NCBI GenBank assembly: GCA_963833285.1
Contig: CAWHXM010000005.1
Span: forward strand, 285,324 to 349,323
Origin: an uncultured Chloroflexia bacterium
Lineage (GTDB): Bacteria > Chloroflexota > Limnocylindria > Limnocylindrales > CSP1-4
Direction: 5' to 3'
Length of the DNA: 64,000 nt
The position numbers and the translations under genes were made by a program. Below the pieces are notes generated by a model, which ran no database searches, was not told the DNA's origin, and saw only the letters and a program-made list of their open reading frames with translations. Positions 49,279-58,812 of this stretch are shown piece after piece (position 1 is the stretch's first letter; each line of letters opens with the position of its first letter).

Positions 49279-51006
49279 TCAGACCGGGCTGGCCAGCCAG
49301 TTCGGGAGCTCGCGGCTGAGCGTCGCCAGCGGCAGCGAGCCATGGCCCAGGACCGCGTCATGGAAGGCCCGCAGGTCGAAGCGCGACCCGTCCCGCGCGG
49401 CGAGCTCGGCGCGCAGCCGCTCGATCTCCCGCTGGCCGATCTTGTAGGTCAGGGCCTGGCCCGGCCAGCAGATGTAGCGGTCGGTCTCGATGACGGCGTC
49501 GGTCTCCGACAGCCCGGCCTCCCTGAGGAAGTCGACCGATCGCTGGCGCGGCCAGCGGAGTGCGTGCAGCCCCGTGTCGACGACGAGCCGGGCGGCGCGC
49601 CAGGCCTGCGCATCGAGCATCCCGAAGCGCTCGGCCTCGGTCCGGAAGAGTCCCATCTCGTCGGCCAGGCGCTCGCTGTACAGTCCCCAGCCTTCCACGT
49701 AGGCCCCACCGACCATCCGCGCGCCGAGCCGCCGGAACGTGATGAGGTGCGGGTTCTCCATCTCGAGCGCGATCTGGAAATGGTGCCCGGGGGCGGCCTC
49801 GTGATAGGTCGTCGTGGCGAGCTTGGTGTACTTGCGACTGGGCAGGTCGTAGCCGTTCGCATAGTAGATGCCGGGCCGCGCTCCGTCCGGGGACGGCGGG
49901 TAGTAGTAGGCGAACGGTGCGTCCCGCTCCTTGTATTCCTCGACCGCGCGGACCTCGCAGGCGGCGCGCGGCAGGACGCCGAAGTAGCGTGGTGCGATCG
50001 ACATCGCTCGCTCGATGTCCTCGTGCGCGCGGACGACCAGCTCGTCCTTGGTGCCCGGGGTGTTCGCCGGATCGGCGTCGAGCGAGGCGCGATAGGCGGT
50101 CGTGTCGTCCTCGAAGCCGGCGCTGCGCGAGATCTCCCGTCGCTCGAGCTCGATCGCGTCGAGCTCGTCGAGCCCGACCCGGTGGACCTCCTCGGGGTCG
50201 AGATCGAGCGTCGTCCAGCTGCGGATCGCCGTCCGATAGAGCTCCTCGCCGTTCGGTGCCGACCACAGCCCGGGATCCTCGCGGGTCGCCGCGAGGTAGT
50301 CGCCCCGGAGCGCCTCGAGGAACGCCAGGTCGGCCGGATACACCTGGTCGCGCACGACGTCGCGCACCCGCTCGCGGTCGGCGTCCTTGGCGACCTTGAC
50401 CATCGAGGGGATGACCGCCGCCTCGATCGGGACCTCGAGCAACCGCCCGATCTGGGCGATGGTCCGCTCCGCAACTATCCGCGGCGCGGTCAGCCCGGAC
50501 GCCAGGGCGTCGCGCAGGATCTCGATGTTGGCCTCCATGAACGCCGGATAGGCATGGAGCCGGGTCAGGAACGCGTCGAGTCGGTCGGGGGTGTCGGCCG
50601 GCTGGAACTGGGTCAGCTGCGGCAGGAGCTGCTGCGGGCCGGCCATCTGGTCGACGACCCGGAGCTGGTACAGGTGCTGGTCGTCCTCCTCGATCTGGAG
50701 ATCGGCGATGACCTTGAGCATGTCCCGCGTGATCCGGTCCTCGGTCGGGAGCCCGTCGGTATCGATGGCGGCGGCCTCCGCGCCCGTCCGCTCCATGAGG
50801 GCTCGGGCGCGTGCCCGACCGGTGGCCGAGGGATCCTCGAGTCGGTCGGCATAACGCTCGTCGCCGTACAGCGTCGCGGTCGTCGGGTTGAGCTCCAGGA
50901 CGGCCTCCCAGAAGCGCTCGGCGAGGTCGTTGACTGGCGTCAGGGCGGGGTCGGGCAGGGTCACGCTTGGCTCCTGTTCGCGACGCGCGATCGGCATCGT
51001 GGTCGA
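49279..51006 (-). CDS. DUF885-family putative metallopeptidase
   Basis: HEAAPGHHFQ zinc-site-like motif in a 575-aa protein with the typical DUF885 length. Confidence 0.55.
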   Translation of the reverse strand, partial: STTMPIARREQEPSVTLPDPALTPVNDLAERFWEAVLELNPTTATLYGDERYADRLEDPSATGRARARALMERTGAEAAAIDTDGLPTEDRITRDMLKVIADLQIEEDDQHLYQLRVVDQMAGPQQLLPQLTQFQPADTPDRLDAFLTRLHAYPAFMEANIEILRDALASGLTAPRIVAERTIAQIGRLLEVPIEAAVIPSMVKVAKDADRERVRDVVRDQVYPADLAFLEALRGDYLAATREDPGLWSAPNGEELYRTAIRSWTTLDLDPEEVHRVGLDELDAIELERREISRSAGFEDDTTAYRASLDADPANTPGTKDELVVRAHEDIERAMSIAPRYFGVLPRAACEVRAVEEYKERDAPFAYYYPPSPDGARPGIYYANGYDLPSRKYTKLATTTYHEAAPGHHFQIALEMENPHLITFRRLGARMVGGAYVEGWGLYSERLADEMGLFRTEAERFGMLDAQAWRAARLVVDTGLHALRWPRQRSVDFLREAGLSETDAVIETDRYICWPGQALTYKIGQREIERLRAELAARDGSRFDLRAFHDAVLGHGSLPLATLSRELPNWLASPV

Positions 51007-51062
51007 GGGTCGGGTTCGTTGCGGCAAGCGTACTGCCGCTGACGACCTGCCGCCGGGCGGCC

Positions 51063-53906
51063 TCAGCCGCCGAACAGTGGCATCTGCTCGCCGCTCCGCT
51101 CGATCGGCGGGTCGAGCCCGAGGTACGGCTCCAGATCGGCCAGATCGAGCGGGTCGCGCCCGAGGAACGTCCGCAGGTGGACCGACTTGATGATGTGCCA
51201 GTTCGCGGCCTCGAGGGCCTCGCGCAGCAGCGGCGAGCGGGCGAGCTTGTAGCGCACGAGCTCGGTCCGCTCGGGGGCGATCACGAGGAACCTGATGTGC
51301 GACTCGTCGGCGGGGATGCGCGTGTGGCGGCGCAGCACGGGCTCGTTGAGCATCGCCGTCCACTCGACCTCGAACAGGAATGCGACCTTGCCCCGGACGT
51401 ACCAGATCGCGTCGACCTCCGCGAGCTCGTCGGCCGCATGGCTGATCCCGCCGAGGTAGGCCCGCTGCTCGCCCGGACCGAGCAGGTCGCCGAGCAGGCC
51501 ATCGCCGAGCCGACGCGTCTGCTCGCGGCGACCGATCCAGACGCGCATGCCAAGCCGGTGGCCGCCCCCGGCGATGGTCGCCAGGAGGTCCGTGTGTTCC
51601 TGGCTGCGGCGCAGCAGGTCGTCGGCCGTGATCACGCGTTCCGGCGTGCTGGCGAGGCTTCGGTAGCTGTCGAGGCACGCCCGGACGAGGCCCTCGTCGG
51701 GCAGGTCGTGGCCGCCGAACATCGTCGCGATCCGCTCGAAGAACGCGGTCTCGGCGATGGGGCCGGCGGTCGAGAGGAGGCTGAAGACGGCCCATTCGAC
51801 GCGGTCGGCGAGGGGCACGGCCGCACTCTCGAGGTCCTCCGGATCGGCCAGCCACCAGCGGCCGGGCTCGATCTCGGTCAGGCGATGCTGCGTCGCGCGA
51901 CCGAGCTCGTTGCGGATGAGGCCGAGCAGGCGCTCGACCGGATCCGCATCGGCCTCCCGGTCCGACGTCGCCCGGCGGGACCGCGTCGTGATCCCCGGTG
52001 GCGGCGAGGACGGCGTCGCGCCGCCAGCGGCCGAGGTCGCGCCGGTCGGCTCGCCGGTCGGCTCGCCGCTCGCGCGCCCACCCTCCGCGGGCTCCTCGGT
52101 GGCCGGGTCGCCGGCGCGATCGTCGTCCGGAGGCCCGTCGTCGAGGCCCGGATCGTCGGGCGATCCGGTCGCACCGGCCGGCGACAGCGTCGCAGTCGCC
52201 AACCGACGGAGCTGGCCCGCCCGATCCAGCCCGACCAGGATCTCGCCGAGCAGCCGCTCGAAGCGCGCGGGCTCACCCCTCGCGCGCAGCGTCTCGACCG
52301 CGGTCTCCGTCACGGTCCGCGCCGCGTCGGCCGTCGAGAACGGACGCTGGTCGAATTGCTCCGGCGCTGCGAACAGGCCCTTCGCCGGGACGAGGTCGGG
52401 ATCGCCCGCCCCGCCCGGGACCGGCTCGAGCCCGACGTTCGCGCGCGTCCGGGGTCCGGGTGGCAGGAGCCCGCCCGGTGGCAGCGACTCGACGATGGCT
52501 GCGGCATCCTCGTCCGGGTCGGACATCCTCGCGCCGAGGAGCCGGTAGCCGGCCGTCGCGCCGCCCATGACCGCCGCAACGATCGCCTCCGGGCCGCCGT
52601 CGACGAGCTGGATCACCCGGCCGTCACGGGCCATCGAGGGCTCGATCGCCTCGAGCGCATGCCCGATCGCGGCAGCCTGCCAGCTCCACGGCGGCCGGAG
52701 CGACGGACCCGTCAGCGCGTCGACCGGCAGCAGGCTCGCCGCCTCGCGCCCGAGGACCCAGGATGTGGCGTGGTACGCACCGGCGAGCCGATCCAGGTTC
52801 GGGCGCATCGGCGGCTGGCCGAGGACGAGGCGGACCCTTGGCGTTGGAGCGGTCCGCCCATAGGCGGTCGGGTCGTCGCGGAGGAGCAGCAGCCCGCTCG
52901 CGCTGGCGAGCCCGAGCACGGCGGTCGCGGTCCCTTCCCCGAGGCTTCGCAGGTCCTCGCCGAGCCGGGCCTGGATCGGGCCTGCCGTGCCAGTCTCGAG
53001 GCGCTGGATGAAGCCGCGGACGCCGCGGAACGCGTCCTCGAACGCCAGCCACGGGTTGCGCTCTCGGAACTGGATCCCGCTCTGCGGCCGGACATGCCCC
53101 GCCGACACGCGCAGGGCGGCGGCACGACCGGGCCCGGTCGCGAGCCGGCTGGCGGGCAGGATCGAGTGGAGCAGGGCGAGGCGGAGTGCCGCGAGCACGG
53201 GGGCGGCGCGCAGGTCGGCCTCGATCCGCTCGAGGATCGCGCCGAGCCCCACCAGCTGGCGCGGCGTATGGAGGTCGAGCAGCTCGTCGGTGAGGGTCTC
53301 CGCGCCGTCGATAGCGGGGAAGCGGGATCGCAACGAAACGCGCATCGCCTCGGCGCCGACGTCGCTCGTCGCGCGGCGCAGGTCGTCGGGATCGAGCGGT
53401 GCCTGGCGCTGCTCGGAGCCGCCTTGCTGGTCGCGACAGACCGTGCATCGGTAATGCCGGGCGACCGGCCGTGCCCGACCTGCCACGCCGGCCTCGTCGT
53501 CCACCGACCAGACGACCTCGTCGATCACCAGCGTCCGGCCGCACGTCGCGCAGCGCGTGGCGAACAGGTCGCCGATCGACACCTTCAGGCTCGACTCGCG
53601 ACGCGGCGAGGCAGCCAGTCCCTGGAACGCGGCGTCGAGATGGCGGACGTCGGGCGGCCGGAGGACGACCTCGGCGAGCATCCTCGTCAGCGGGCTCGAT
53701 TCGAGCGAGACCGCGCGGCGCTGGCGATCCACCGCCGCCCGGGCGACCCATGCCCCACGGCCGAACAGGTCGACCACGACGTCGCCCGGTCCGGTGTGAA
53801 GCTCGATCCGCGCCGCCACGACCGACGGCGGCGGCGCGGGCGCGAGCCGGTCGAAGACGGGAAGCGAGTAACCCGGTTGGGCGTTGGCAGGTCCGCGTCC
53901 GGTCAC
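51063..53906 (-). CDS. 947-aa multidomain hypothetical protein: degenerate MTase motif I, Cys4 zinc ribbon, acidic/Pro linker, C-terminal PD-(D/E)xK-like domain
   Basis: GDVVVDLFGRGAWVARAAV resembles the SAM-MTase motif PGDxVLDPFxGSGTT, with no NPPY/DPPY motif found. A CxxC...CxxC pair follows (CATCGR...CTVCRD), then a linker (PDDDRAGDPATEEPAEGGRASGEPTGEPTG), and a C-terminus with VDAIWYVRGKVAFLFEVEW ... IRFLVIAPER. Confidence 0.7.
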   Translation of the reverse strand: MTGRGPANAQPGYSLPVFDRLAPAPPPSVVAARIELHTGPGDVVVDLFGRGAWVARAAVDRQRRAVSLESSPLTRMLAEVVLRPPDVRHLDAAFQGLAASPRRESSLKVSIGDLFATRCATCGRTLVIDEVVWSVDDEAGVAGRARPVARHYRCTVCRDQQGGSEQRQAPLDPDDLRRATSDVGAEAMRVSLRSRFPAIDGAETLTDELLDLHTPRQLVGLGAILERIEADLRAAPVLAALRLALLHSILPASRLATGPGRAAALRVSAGHVRPQSGIQFRERNPWLAFEDAFRGVRGFIQRLETGTAGPIQARLGEDLRSLGEGTATAVLGLASASGLLLLRDDPTAYGRTAPTPRVRLVLGQPPMRPNLDRLAGAYHATSWVLGREAASLLPVDALTGPSLRPPWSWQAAAIGHALEAIEPSMARDGRVIQLVDGGPEAIVAAVMGGATAGYRLLGARMSDPDEDAAAIVESLPPGGLLPPGPRTRANVGLEPVPGGAGDPDLVPAKGLFAAPEQFDQRPFSTADAARTVTETAVETLRARGEPARFERLLGEILVGLDRAGQLRRLATATLSPAGATGSPDDPGLDDGPPDDDRAGDPATEEPAEGGRASGEPTGEPTGATSAAGGATPSSPPPGITTRSRRATSDREADADPVERLLGLIRNELGRATQHRLTEIEPGRWWLADPEDLESAAVPLADRVEWAVFSLLSTAGPIAETAFFERIATMFGGHDLPDEGLVRACLDSYRSLASTPERVITADDLLRRSQEHTDLLATIAGGGHRLGMRVWIGRREQTRRLGDGLLGDLLGPGEQRAYLGGISHAADELAEVDAIWYVRGKVAFLFEVEWTAMLNEPVLRRHTRIPADESHIRFLVIAPERTELVRYKLARSPLLREALEAANWHIIKSVHLRTFLGRDPLDLADLEPYLGLDPPIERSGEQMPLFGG

Positions 53907-53943
53907 GCGGCAGATGCTAGCCGACCCGCGCTACGCTTGGCCG

Positions 53944-54888
53944 ATGGATGACCCGTTGATCGCGTTCGCCACGATCCCACCCATCCCGGTGCACCCGGCG
54001 GTCATCGCCGCTCGGCAACCCATCGGGCGTGTCGTGTCCGACCTGTTGGCCGTCCCGGACGAGGCTCTCGAGGATGCGTGGCGATGGCGACCGTCCGACG
54101 TGGACGACGTCGAGCTGCGCTATGGCGTGTATCGGATCCACGAGCGACTCGAGGCCGCGATCGGGGCGATCGAGGTCGGCCGGGTGGCGACCGGCCGGGG
54201 CGAGCCGATCGGACCTGCCGTTCCGCCTCTGGCCGCGATGGCCGCGGCGCGGTGGGAGCTCCGTGGGGCGCTATCGCCGCTCGACCCCGAGGCCTGGGAC
54301 GCCGAGCCGGGTGGCGGTGAGTGGACGGTCCGCCGGACCGTCGGGCACATCGTCGGGAGCCAGCGGTCGTACGGCTGGTACAACGCCTGGTACCTCAAGG
54401 AGGGAGTCGTCGGCGCTGAGGTCGTCCGACCATCCGATGACGTCATGCCGCCCGAGCCGACCGAGGAGGAAGAGGCGCTCGGCACGCCGGCGACCGTCCT
54501 GGCACGGTTCGACGACGTGGTCGACGCGAATCTCGCGGCGACCGCCGGCCTCGACGCGGGGGCGATGCGCGTCAGCGCCAGGTGGTCTGGCCTGCCGGTG
54601 ACCATCGACTTCCGGCTCGGGCGGTACGGCTCGCATATCCGCGAGCACACGGTCCAGGTCGAAAAGACCCTGGCGATGCTCGGGCATCGGCCGTCCGAGG
54701 TCGAGCGGCTCGTGCGGCTCATCCTCGCGACGTATGGGCGGCTCGAGGCAGTGCTCGTCGGGCGGTCGCACGACGAGCTGGGGCGGCCGCTGTCTGACGG
54801 AACGAGCGCGGTCGGGATCCTTGGCGCGGCCCTGACCGATGCCGCGGCGACCGCGGCCAGGGTGCGGGCGGCAGCTGACGGCGGCTGA
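53944..54888 (+). CDS. DinB/YfiT-like (DinB_2) metal-dependent protein
   Basis: TVGHIVGSQRSYGWYNAW and GSHIREHTVQ histidine pattern of the DinB_2 four-helix-bundle family. Confidence 0.6.
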   Translation: MDDPLIAFATIPPIPVHPAVIAARQPIGRVVSDLLAVPDEALEDAWRWRPSDVDDVELRYGVYRIHERLEAAIGAIEVGRVATGRGEPIGPAVPPLAAMAAARWELRGALSPLDPEAWDAEPGGGEWTVRRTVGHIVGSQRSYGWYNAWYLKEGVVGAEVVRPSDDVMPPEPTEEEEALGTPATVLARFDDVVDANLAATAGLDAGAMRVSARWSGLPVTIDFRLGRYGSHIREHTVQVEKTLAMLGHRPSEVERLVRLILATYGRLEAVLVGRSHDELGRPLSDGTSAVGILGAALTDAAATAARVRAAADGG

Positions 54889-55100
54889 CCGGGCCGGCGG
54901 TCGGTGGCTGGTGGCCTGCGGTCGGCGGCTGGTGGCTGGCGTCGGCCGACCGCGGCCGGCGCCAGAGGATGTGCGCCAGCGGCTCCGGATACCGGCCCCC
55001 ATACCAGCCGGATAGGACTCCCAGGCATCCGAGTTATGTCCGGGGGCCGAACGGGCTTCGAGACAGCTGCGATCGGCCCCGCGGGACGCGGCTCGGCGAC

Positions 55101-55958
55101 CTACGGCTCGTCGAGCTCGTCCGGCTCGTCCTCGAAGGCCTCGTCCGTCGTCGACTCCGGCGGCAGGACGCGATCGAGGTCCTCGATCTCGTCGTCCTCC
55201 TCGTCGTCCTCGAGGTCCTCCTCGAGATCCATCTCCTCGCGGACGAGCGTGCCCTTGGTGTACGGCCTGAGGTCGGTCGACTTGGCCGCCGTCGGGAAGC
55301 TGACCTTGCCGTAGTTGGCCGGGTCCTGGAAGATCTCGCGAAGGATGATCCGGACGTCCTTGTCGCCGAGCGAGGTGACACCGGCGGCGTACTTGTTGCC
55401 GTCGGCCATGAGCTTGAGCAGGCGGGCGGCCACGCGCGGCTCGACGACGCCGATCCGGACGCCGTTGCTGTGCGCGATCAGCCGGTTGCCCTCGGGCGTC
55501 AGCTCGACCGCGTCGCCCGGGTTGACCTGCGCGAGCTGGCGCGGATCGGCGAGATCGGTGAGGAACGCGAAGCCGGTCTTGCCGGTCTCCTCGACGAAGA
55601 TGCTGACCGGGGCCTTGCTGCCCTCCTGCGCCGGGACGGTCTTCTCGCCGGCCGCGACGAGGAGCATCTTGAGCCGGTCGATATTGCGCTCGGCGATGCG
55701 GTTGGTCGGGTCGAGCGCCAGTGCGGTCTGGTAGTGCTCGCGAGCGGAGCCGAGCTCGCCCATCTCCCACAGCGCCTTGGCCAGCCGGTTCTCCGACTCC
55801 GCGTCGGGGCCGAGCTCGAGGAGGCGACGGTTCGTCGTGGCGGCTTCGGCCCACTGGGCGGCGGTCGCCTGGGCGATCGCCTGGTCGGCCAGCTGCCGCT
55901 TCTGACGGGTCAGATTGACAGGGCTGGGCGCGGTGGTCTCGACATCGGGGAAGGTCAC
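55101..55958 (-). CDS. TPR-repeat protein with a strongly acidic C-terminal tail
   Basis: TPR-like helices (WAEAATTNRRLLELGPDAESENRLAKALWEMGELGSAREHYQTALALDP) and a DLEEDLEDDEEDDEIEDLD tail. GTG start with AAGGACG Shine-Dalgarno; a TTGACG-17-TAGAAA promoter lies at 56046-56081. Confidence 0.6.
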   Translation of the reverse strand: MTFPDVETTAPSPVNLTRQKRQLADQAIAQATAAQWAEAATTNRRLLELGPDAESENRLAKALWEMGELGSAREHYQTALALDPTNRIAERNIDRLKMLLVAAGEKTVPAQEGSKAPVSIFVEETGKTGFAFLTDLADPRQLAQVNPGDAVELTPEGNRLIAHSNGVRIGVVEPRVAARLLKLMADGNKYAAGVTSLGDKDVRIILREIFQDPANYGKVSFPTAAKSTDLRPYTKGTLVREEMDLEEDLEDDEEDDEIEDLDRVLPPESTTDEAFEDEPDELDEP

Positions 55959-56114
55959 GAGGCGGTCGTCCTTTCGGGGCGCGGCTGGTAGCGGGTGCAC
56001 GGGCGGGGTGCCGGGCGCGCGGGCACACGGTGCGCATGGCGGACATGCTTTCTAGCACCGTCCGGGCGGCACGTCAAACGGGGGTGCGTCGCGCCGCGCC
56101 CGAGCCCGAAGGCA

Positions 56115-56918
56115 TCAGGAGCGCAGGAGCAGGTTCCAGACCGCGACCACGATGCCGAGTGCGGCGAGCACGGCGATCTGGCCGATCCAGCGGCGATCGC
56201 GACGACGCATCGGGACCGAGCCGATGAACGCGTCCCACAGGTAGAACGCGAGCGTCAACAGGGCCGGCCCGACGAGTCGCGGGATCTCCATCGCCCGGAT
56301 CGCAGCGGCACCGATCGCGATGGCCGCGGCATAGGTGAGCGCGGGCCACAGCGCCTCGCGCACGCTGGTCACGCGCAGCGCGACCGCCCGATAGCCGAGC
56401 AGCCCGGCGATGAGCGCGTCGCCGGCGGCGAGGACCAGGAGGTTGCTCTCGTCGATCGCGCCACCGGTCTGGACGAAACCGCCCGGCACCATCGCCGCGA
56501 CGCCGGTGAAGCCGAGGAAGGCCACGAGCAGGATCGTGACCAGCAGGGCCGTCCGGTCGTCCTCGGCGGGACCCGTCAGCCCGTGGTTGATGCGGGCCTC
56601 GAGCGACAGCGTCCGGATGACGATCAGCCAGGTCACCCCGAGCGCGGGCACAAGCCACAGCCCGAACGGCACCAGCCGGATCGCGCCCAGGCAAGCGACG
56701 GCGGCGACCGACGGCAGGATGAGCGATTCGATCGCCACCCCGAACCATGCCTGGGCCGGGGCTGCCTCGTCGGCGAGGACCTGCAGGGTCCCGAGGAGCA
56801 TGGCGCCGAGCAGCGCGGCCGCGCACAGCCAGATGAGCGGCGGCTCGAGCAGGCGGGACAGGCCTACGACGGTGACCGCGACGAGGGCCAGGTCGCGGCG
56901 CGCCGAGCGGTCGTCCAT
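56115..56918 (-). CDS. polytopic integral membrane protein, hypothetical
   Basis: Seven to eight hydrophobic helices; the start at 56918 avoids overlap with polX. Confidence 0.6.
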   Translation of the reverse strand: MDDRSARRDLALVAVTVVGLSRLLEPPLIWLCAAALLGAMLLGTLQVLADEAAPAQAWFGVAIESLILPSVAAVACLGAIRLVPFGLWLVPALGVTWLIVIRTLSLEARINHGLTGPAEDDRTALLVTILLVAFLGFTGVAAMVPGGFVQTGGAIDESNLLVLAAGDALIAGLLGYRAVALRVTSVREALWPALTYAAAIAIGAAAIRAMEIPRLVGPALLTLAFYLWDAFIGSVPMRRRDRRWIGQIAVLAALGIVVAVWNLLLRS

Positions 56919-56941
56919 CGCCGCGATGGTACGCGAGCCGC

Positions 56942-58765
56942 TCACATTCGCCCCGCCTTGCCGGCCGACCAGGCCAGCAGATCGGCCCGCGATCGGGTGT
57001 TGACCACGTCGTCCGCCGTGACCCACGCGCGGCGCGCCTGGCTGATCCCCCAGCGGACGAAGTCGAGCTCGTCGAGGTCGTGGGCATCGGAATCGATGGC
57101 GAGCAGGCAGCCGAGGCCGACGGCGCGCCGGGCCCGTTCGACGGCGAGGTCGAGGCGGGGTGGCGAGCCGTTCATCTCGAGCGCGGTCCCGGTCCGCGCC
57201 GCCTCGCTGTAGATCGCGTCCCAGTCGAGATCGAGGTCGTCACGCTGACCGATCTTCCGCCCCGACGGGTGGGCGATGACATCGACATGCGGGTTGCGGA
57301 TGGCGTTGAGCGTGCGCTGGGTCAGCTCGGCCCGCGTCTGGCGGCGCGACACGTGCACCGACGCGACGACGAGGTCGAAGCGAACCAGCAGGTCGTCATC
57401 GAAGTCGAGCCGGCCATCGGCGCGGACCTCGAGCTCACAGCCGTGCAGCAGGCGGAACCCCTCGGCAGGGGTCCCGGGCGGCGCCGTCCCGGCGGCCTCC
57501 TCCGCGGCGAACCGGGCATTGAGCGCGGCGATGATCTCGACCTGTTCGGCAACGCGATCCGGGGTCAGGCCGCGGGCGATCGAGAGCGACTGTGTGTGAT
57601 CGGTCAGCACCTGGTAGGCGTACCCGCGCCGGCGGACGGCCTGCGCCATGACCTCGATCGACTGGTGCCCGTCGGACCAGTCAGAATGGCTGTGGAGATC
57701 GCCGCGCAGATCGCTCTGCTCGACGAGCGCCGGGAGCCGGCCGGCGAGCGCTGCCTCGATCTCGCCCGCGTCCTCGCGCAGCTCGGGCTCGATGAACGGG
57801 AGGCCCAGGAAGGCATACGCCTCGGCCTCCGTCGGGAAGGTCCGCAGCTCGGCGGCATCGCCGGTCAGCGGCTCGCCATCGTCGCCGATGCGCAGGAAGC
57901 CCTTCTCCGACAGGCTCCAGCCGCGATCGCGGGCCATCGCCCGAAGCCGGACGTTGTGCTCCTTGGAGCCGGTGAAATGGATGCGATACGTGCCCGCCTC
58001 CCCTGGCGGCACCACCATCAGGTCCACTTGTGGTCCGCGCATGAGCCGGACCGCCGCCTTGTGGCCGCCCCGGTTGATGACCGAATCGACGAGCCCGAAC
58101 GACGTGAACGCGTCGATCAGCGCCGCCGGCCGGTCGGTCTCGGCCAGCAGGTCGAGGTCGCCGATCGACTCCCGACGGCGACGCAACGAGCCGGCCGGCT
58201 CGATCGAACGGACCCCCTCCGTCGGCGACAGGAGGCCGATGAGGGCCCCGGTCAGCTCCTCGGCGCGGCCGAGGAGCATCCGGTCGAATTGATCGTCGAG
58301 CTTGGCGATGCCCTCGAGGACCAGGGTCTCGGTCCTCGCCGACATTCCGCGGACGCCCCGCAGCTGACCGGATTCCGCAGCCTGCCGGAGGTCGTCCACG
58401 GTCTCGATGCCGAGCTCCGCGTTGAGCTGGCGGACGGTCTTCGGTCCGAGACCGGGGATCCGCAGGAGCTCGACCAGCGAGGGCGGCACCTCCGCCCGGA
58501 GCCGCTCGTAGAACGCGAGGTGGCCGGTCGCGGCGAGCTCGGCAAGCTTGTCGCTGATGGCCTTGCCGACGCCCGGGATCTGCGGTGGCGTCCCCGCCCG
58601 GTACGCCGACACGATATCGACCGGGCTGCGCCCGATCGCCTCGGCGGCGCGGTGGTAGGCGACGGTCTTGAACACGAGCTCGCCCTTGAGCTCGAGCATG
58701 TCCCCGATCTCGTGGAAGATCCGGGCGAGGTCGCCGTTGGTGAGGTCGGCCGGGTCGTTGGTCAC
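56942..58765 (-). CDS. polX: DNA polymerase X family protein with C-terminal PHP phosphoesterase domain
   Basis: Pol beta-like N-terminus (HhH GLGPKTV, nucleotidyltransferase GS/DLDLL) and PHP motif DLHSHSDWSDG. Confidence 0.85.
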   Translation of the reverse strand: MTNDPADLTNGDLARIFHEIGDMLELKGELVFKTVAYHRAAEAIGRSPVDIVSAYRAGTPPQIPGVGKAISDKLAELAATGHLAFYERLRAEVPPSLVELLRIPGLGPKTVRQLNAELGIETVDDLRQAAESGQLRGVRGMSARTETLVLEGIAKLDDQFDRMLLGRAEELTGALIGLLSPTEGVRSIEPAGSLRRRRESIGDLDLLAETDRPAALIDAFTSFGLVDSVINRGGHKAAVRLMRGPQVDLMVVPPGEAGTYRIHFTGSKEHNVRLRAMARDRGWSLSEKGFLRIGDDGEPLTGDAAELRTFPTEAEAYAFLGLPFIEPELREDAGEIEAALAGRLPALVEQSDLRGDLHSHSDWSDGHQSIEVMAQAVRRRGYAYQVLTDHTQSLSIARGLTPDRVAEQVEIIAALNARFAAEEAAGTAPPGTPAEGFRLLHGCELEVRADGRLDFDDDLLVRFDLVVASVHVSRRQTRAELTQRTLNAIRNPHVDVIAHPSGRKIGQRDDLDLDWDAIYSEAARTGTALEMNGSPPRLDLAVERARRAVGLGCLLAIDSDAHDLDELDFVRWGISQARRAWVTADDVVNTRSRADLLAWSAGKAGRM

Positions 58766-58812
58766 TCAGCCGATGGTAGCCGTCGGCCACCGACGACGCG
58801 CCCTGCCGGCCG

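Noticed and set aside
50967-53951. 994-aa plus-strand ORF antisense to the 947-aa gene
   Set aside because: The minus-strand frame has balanced amino-acid usage and recognisable motifs (zinc ribbon, MTase-like motif); the plus frame is RP/G-rich shadow.
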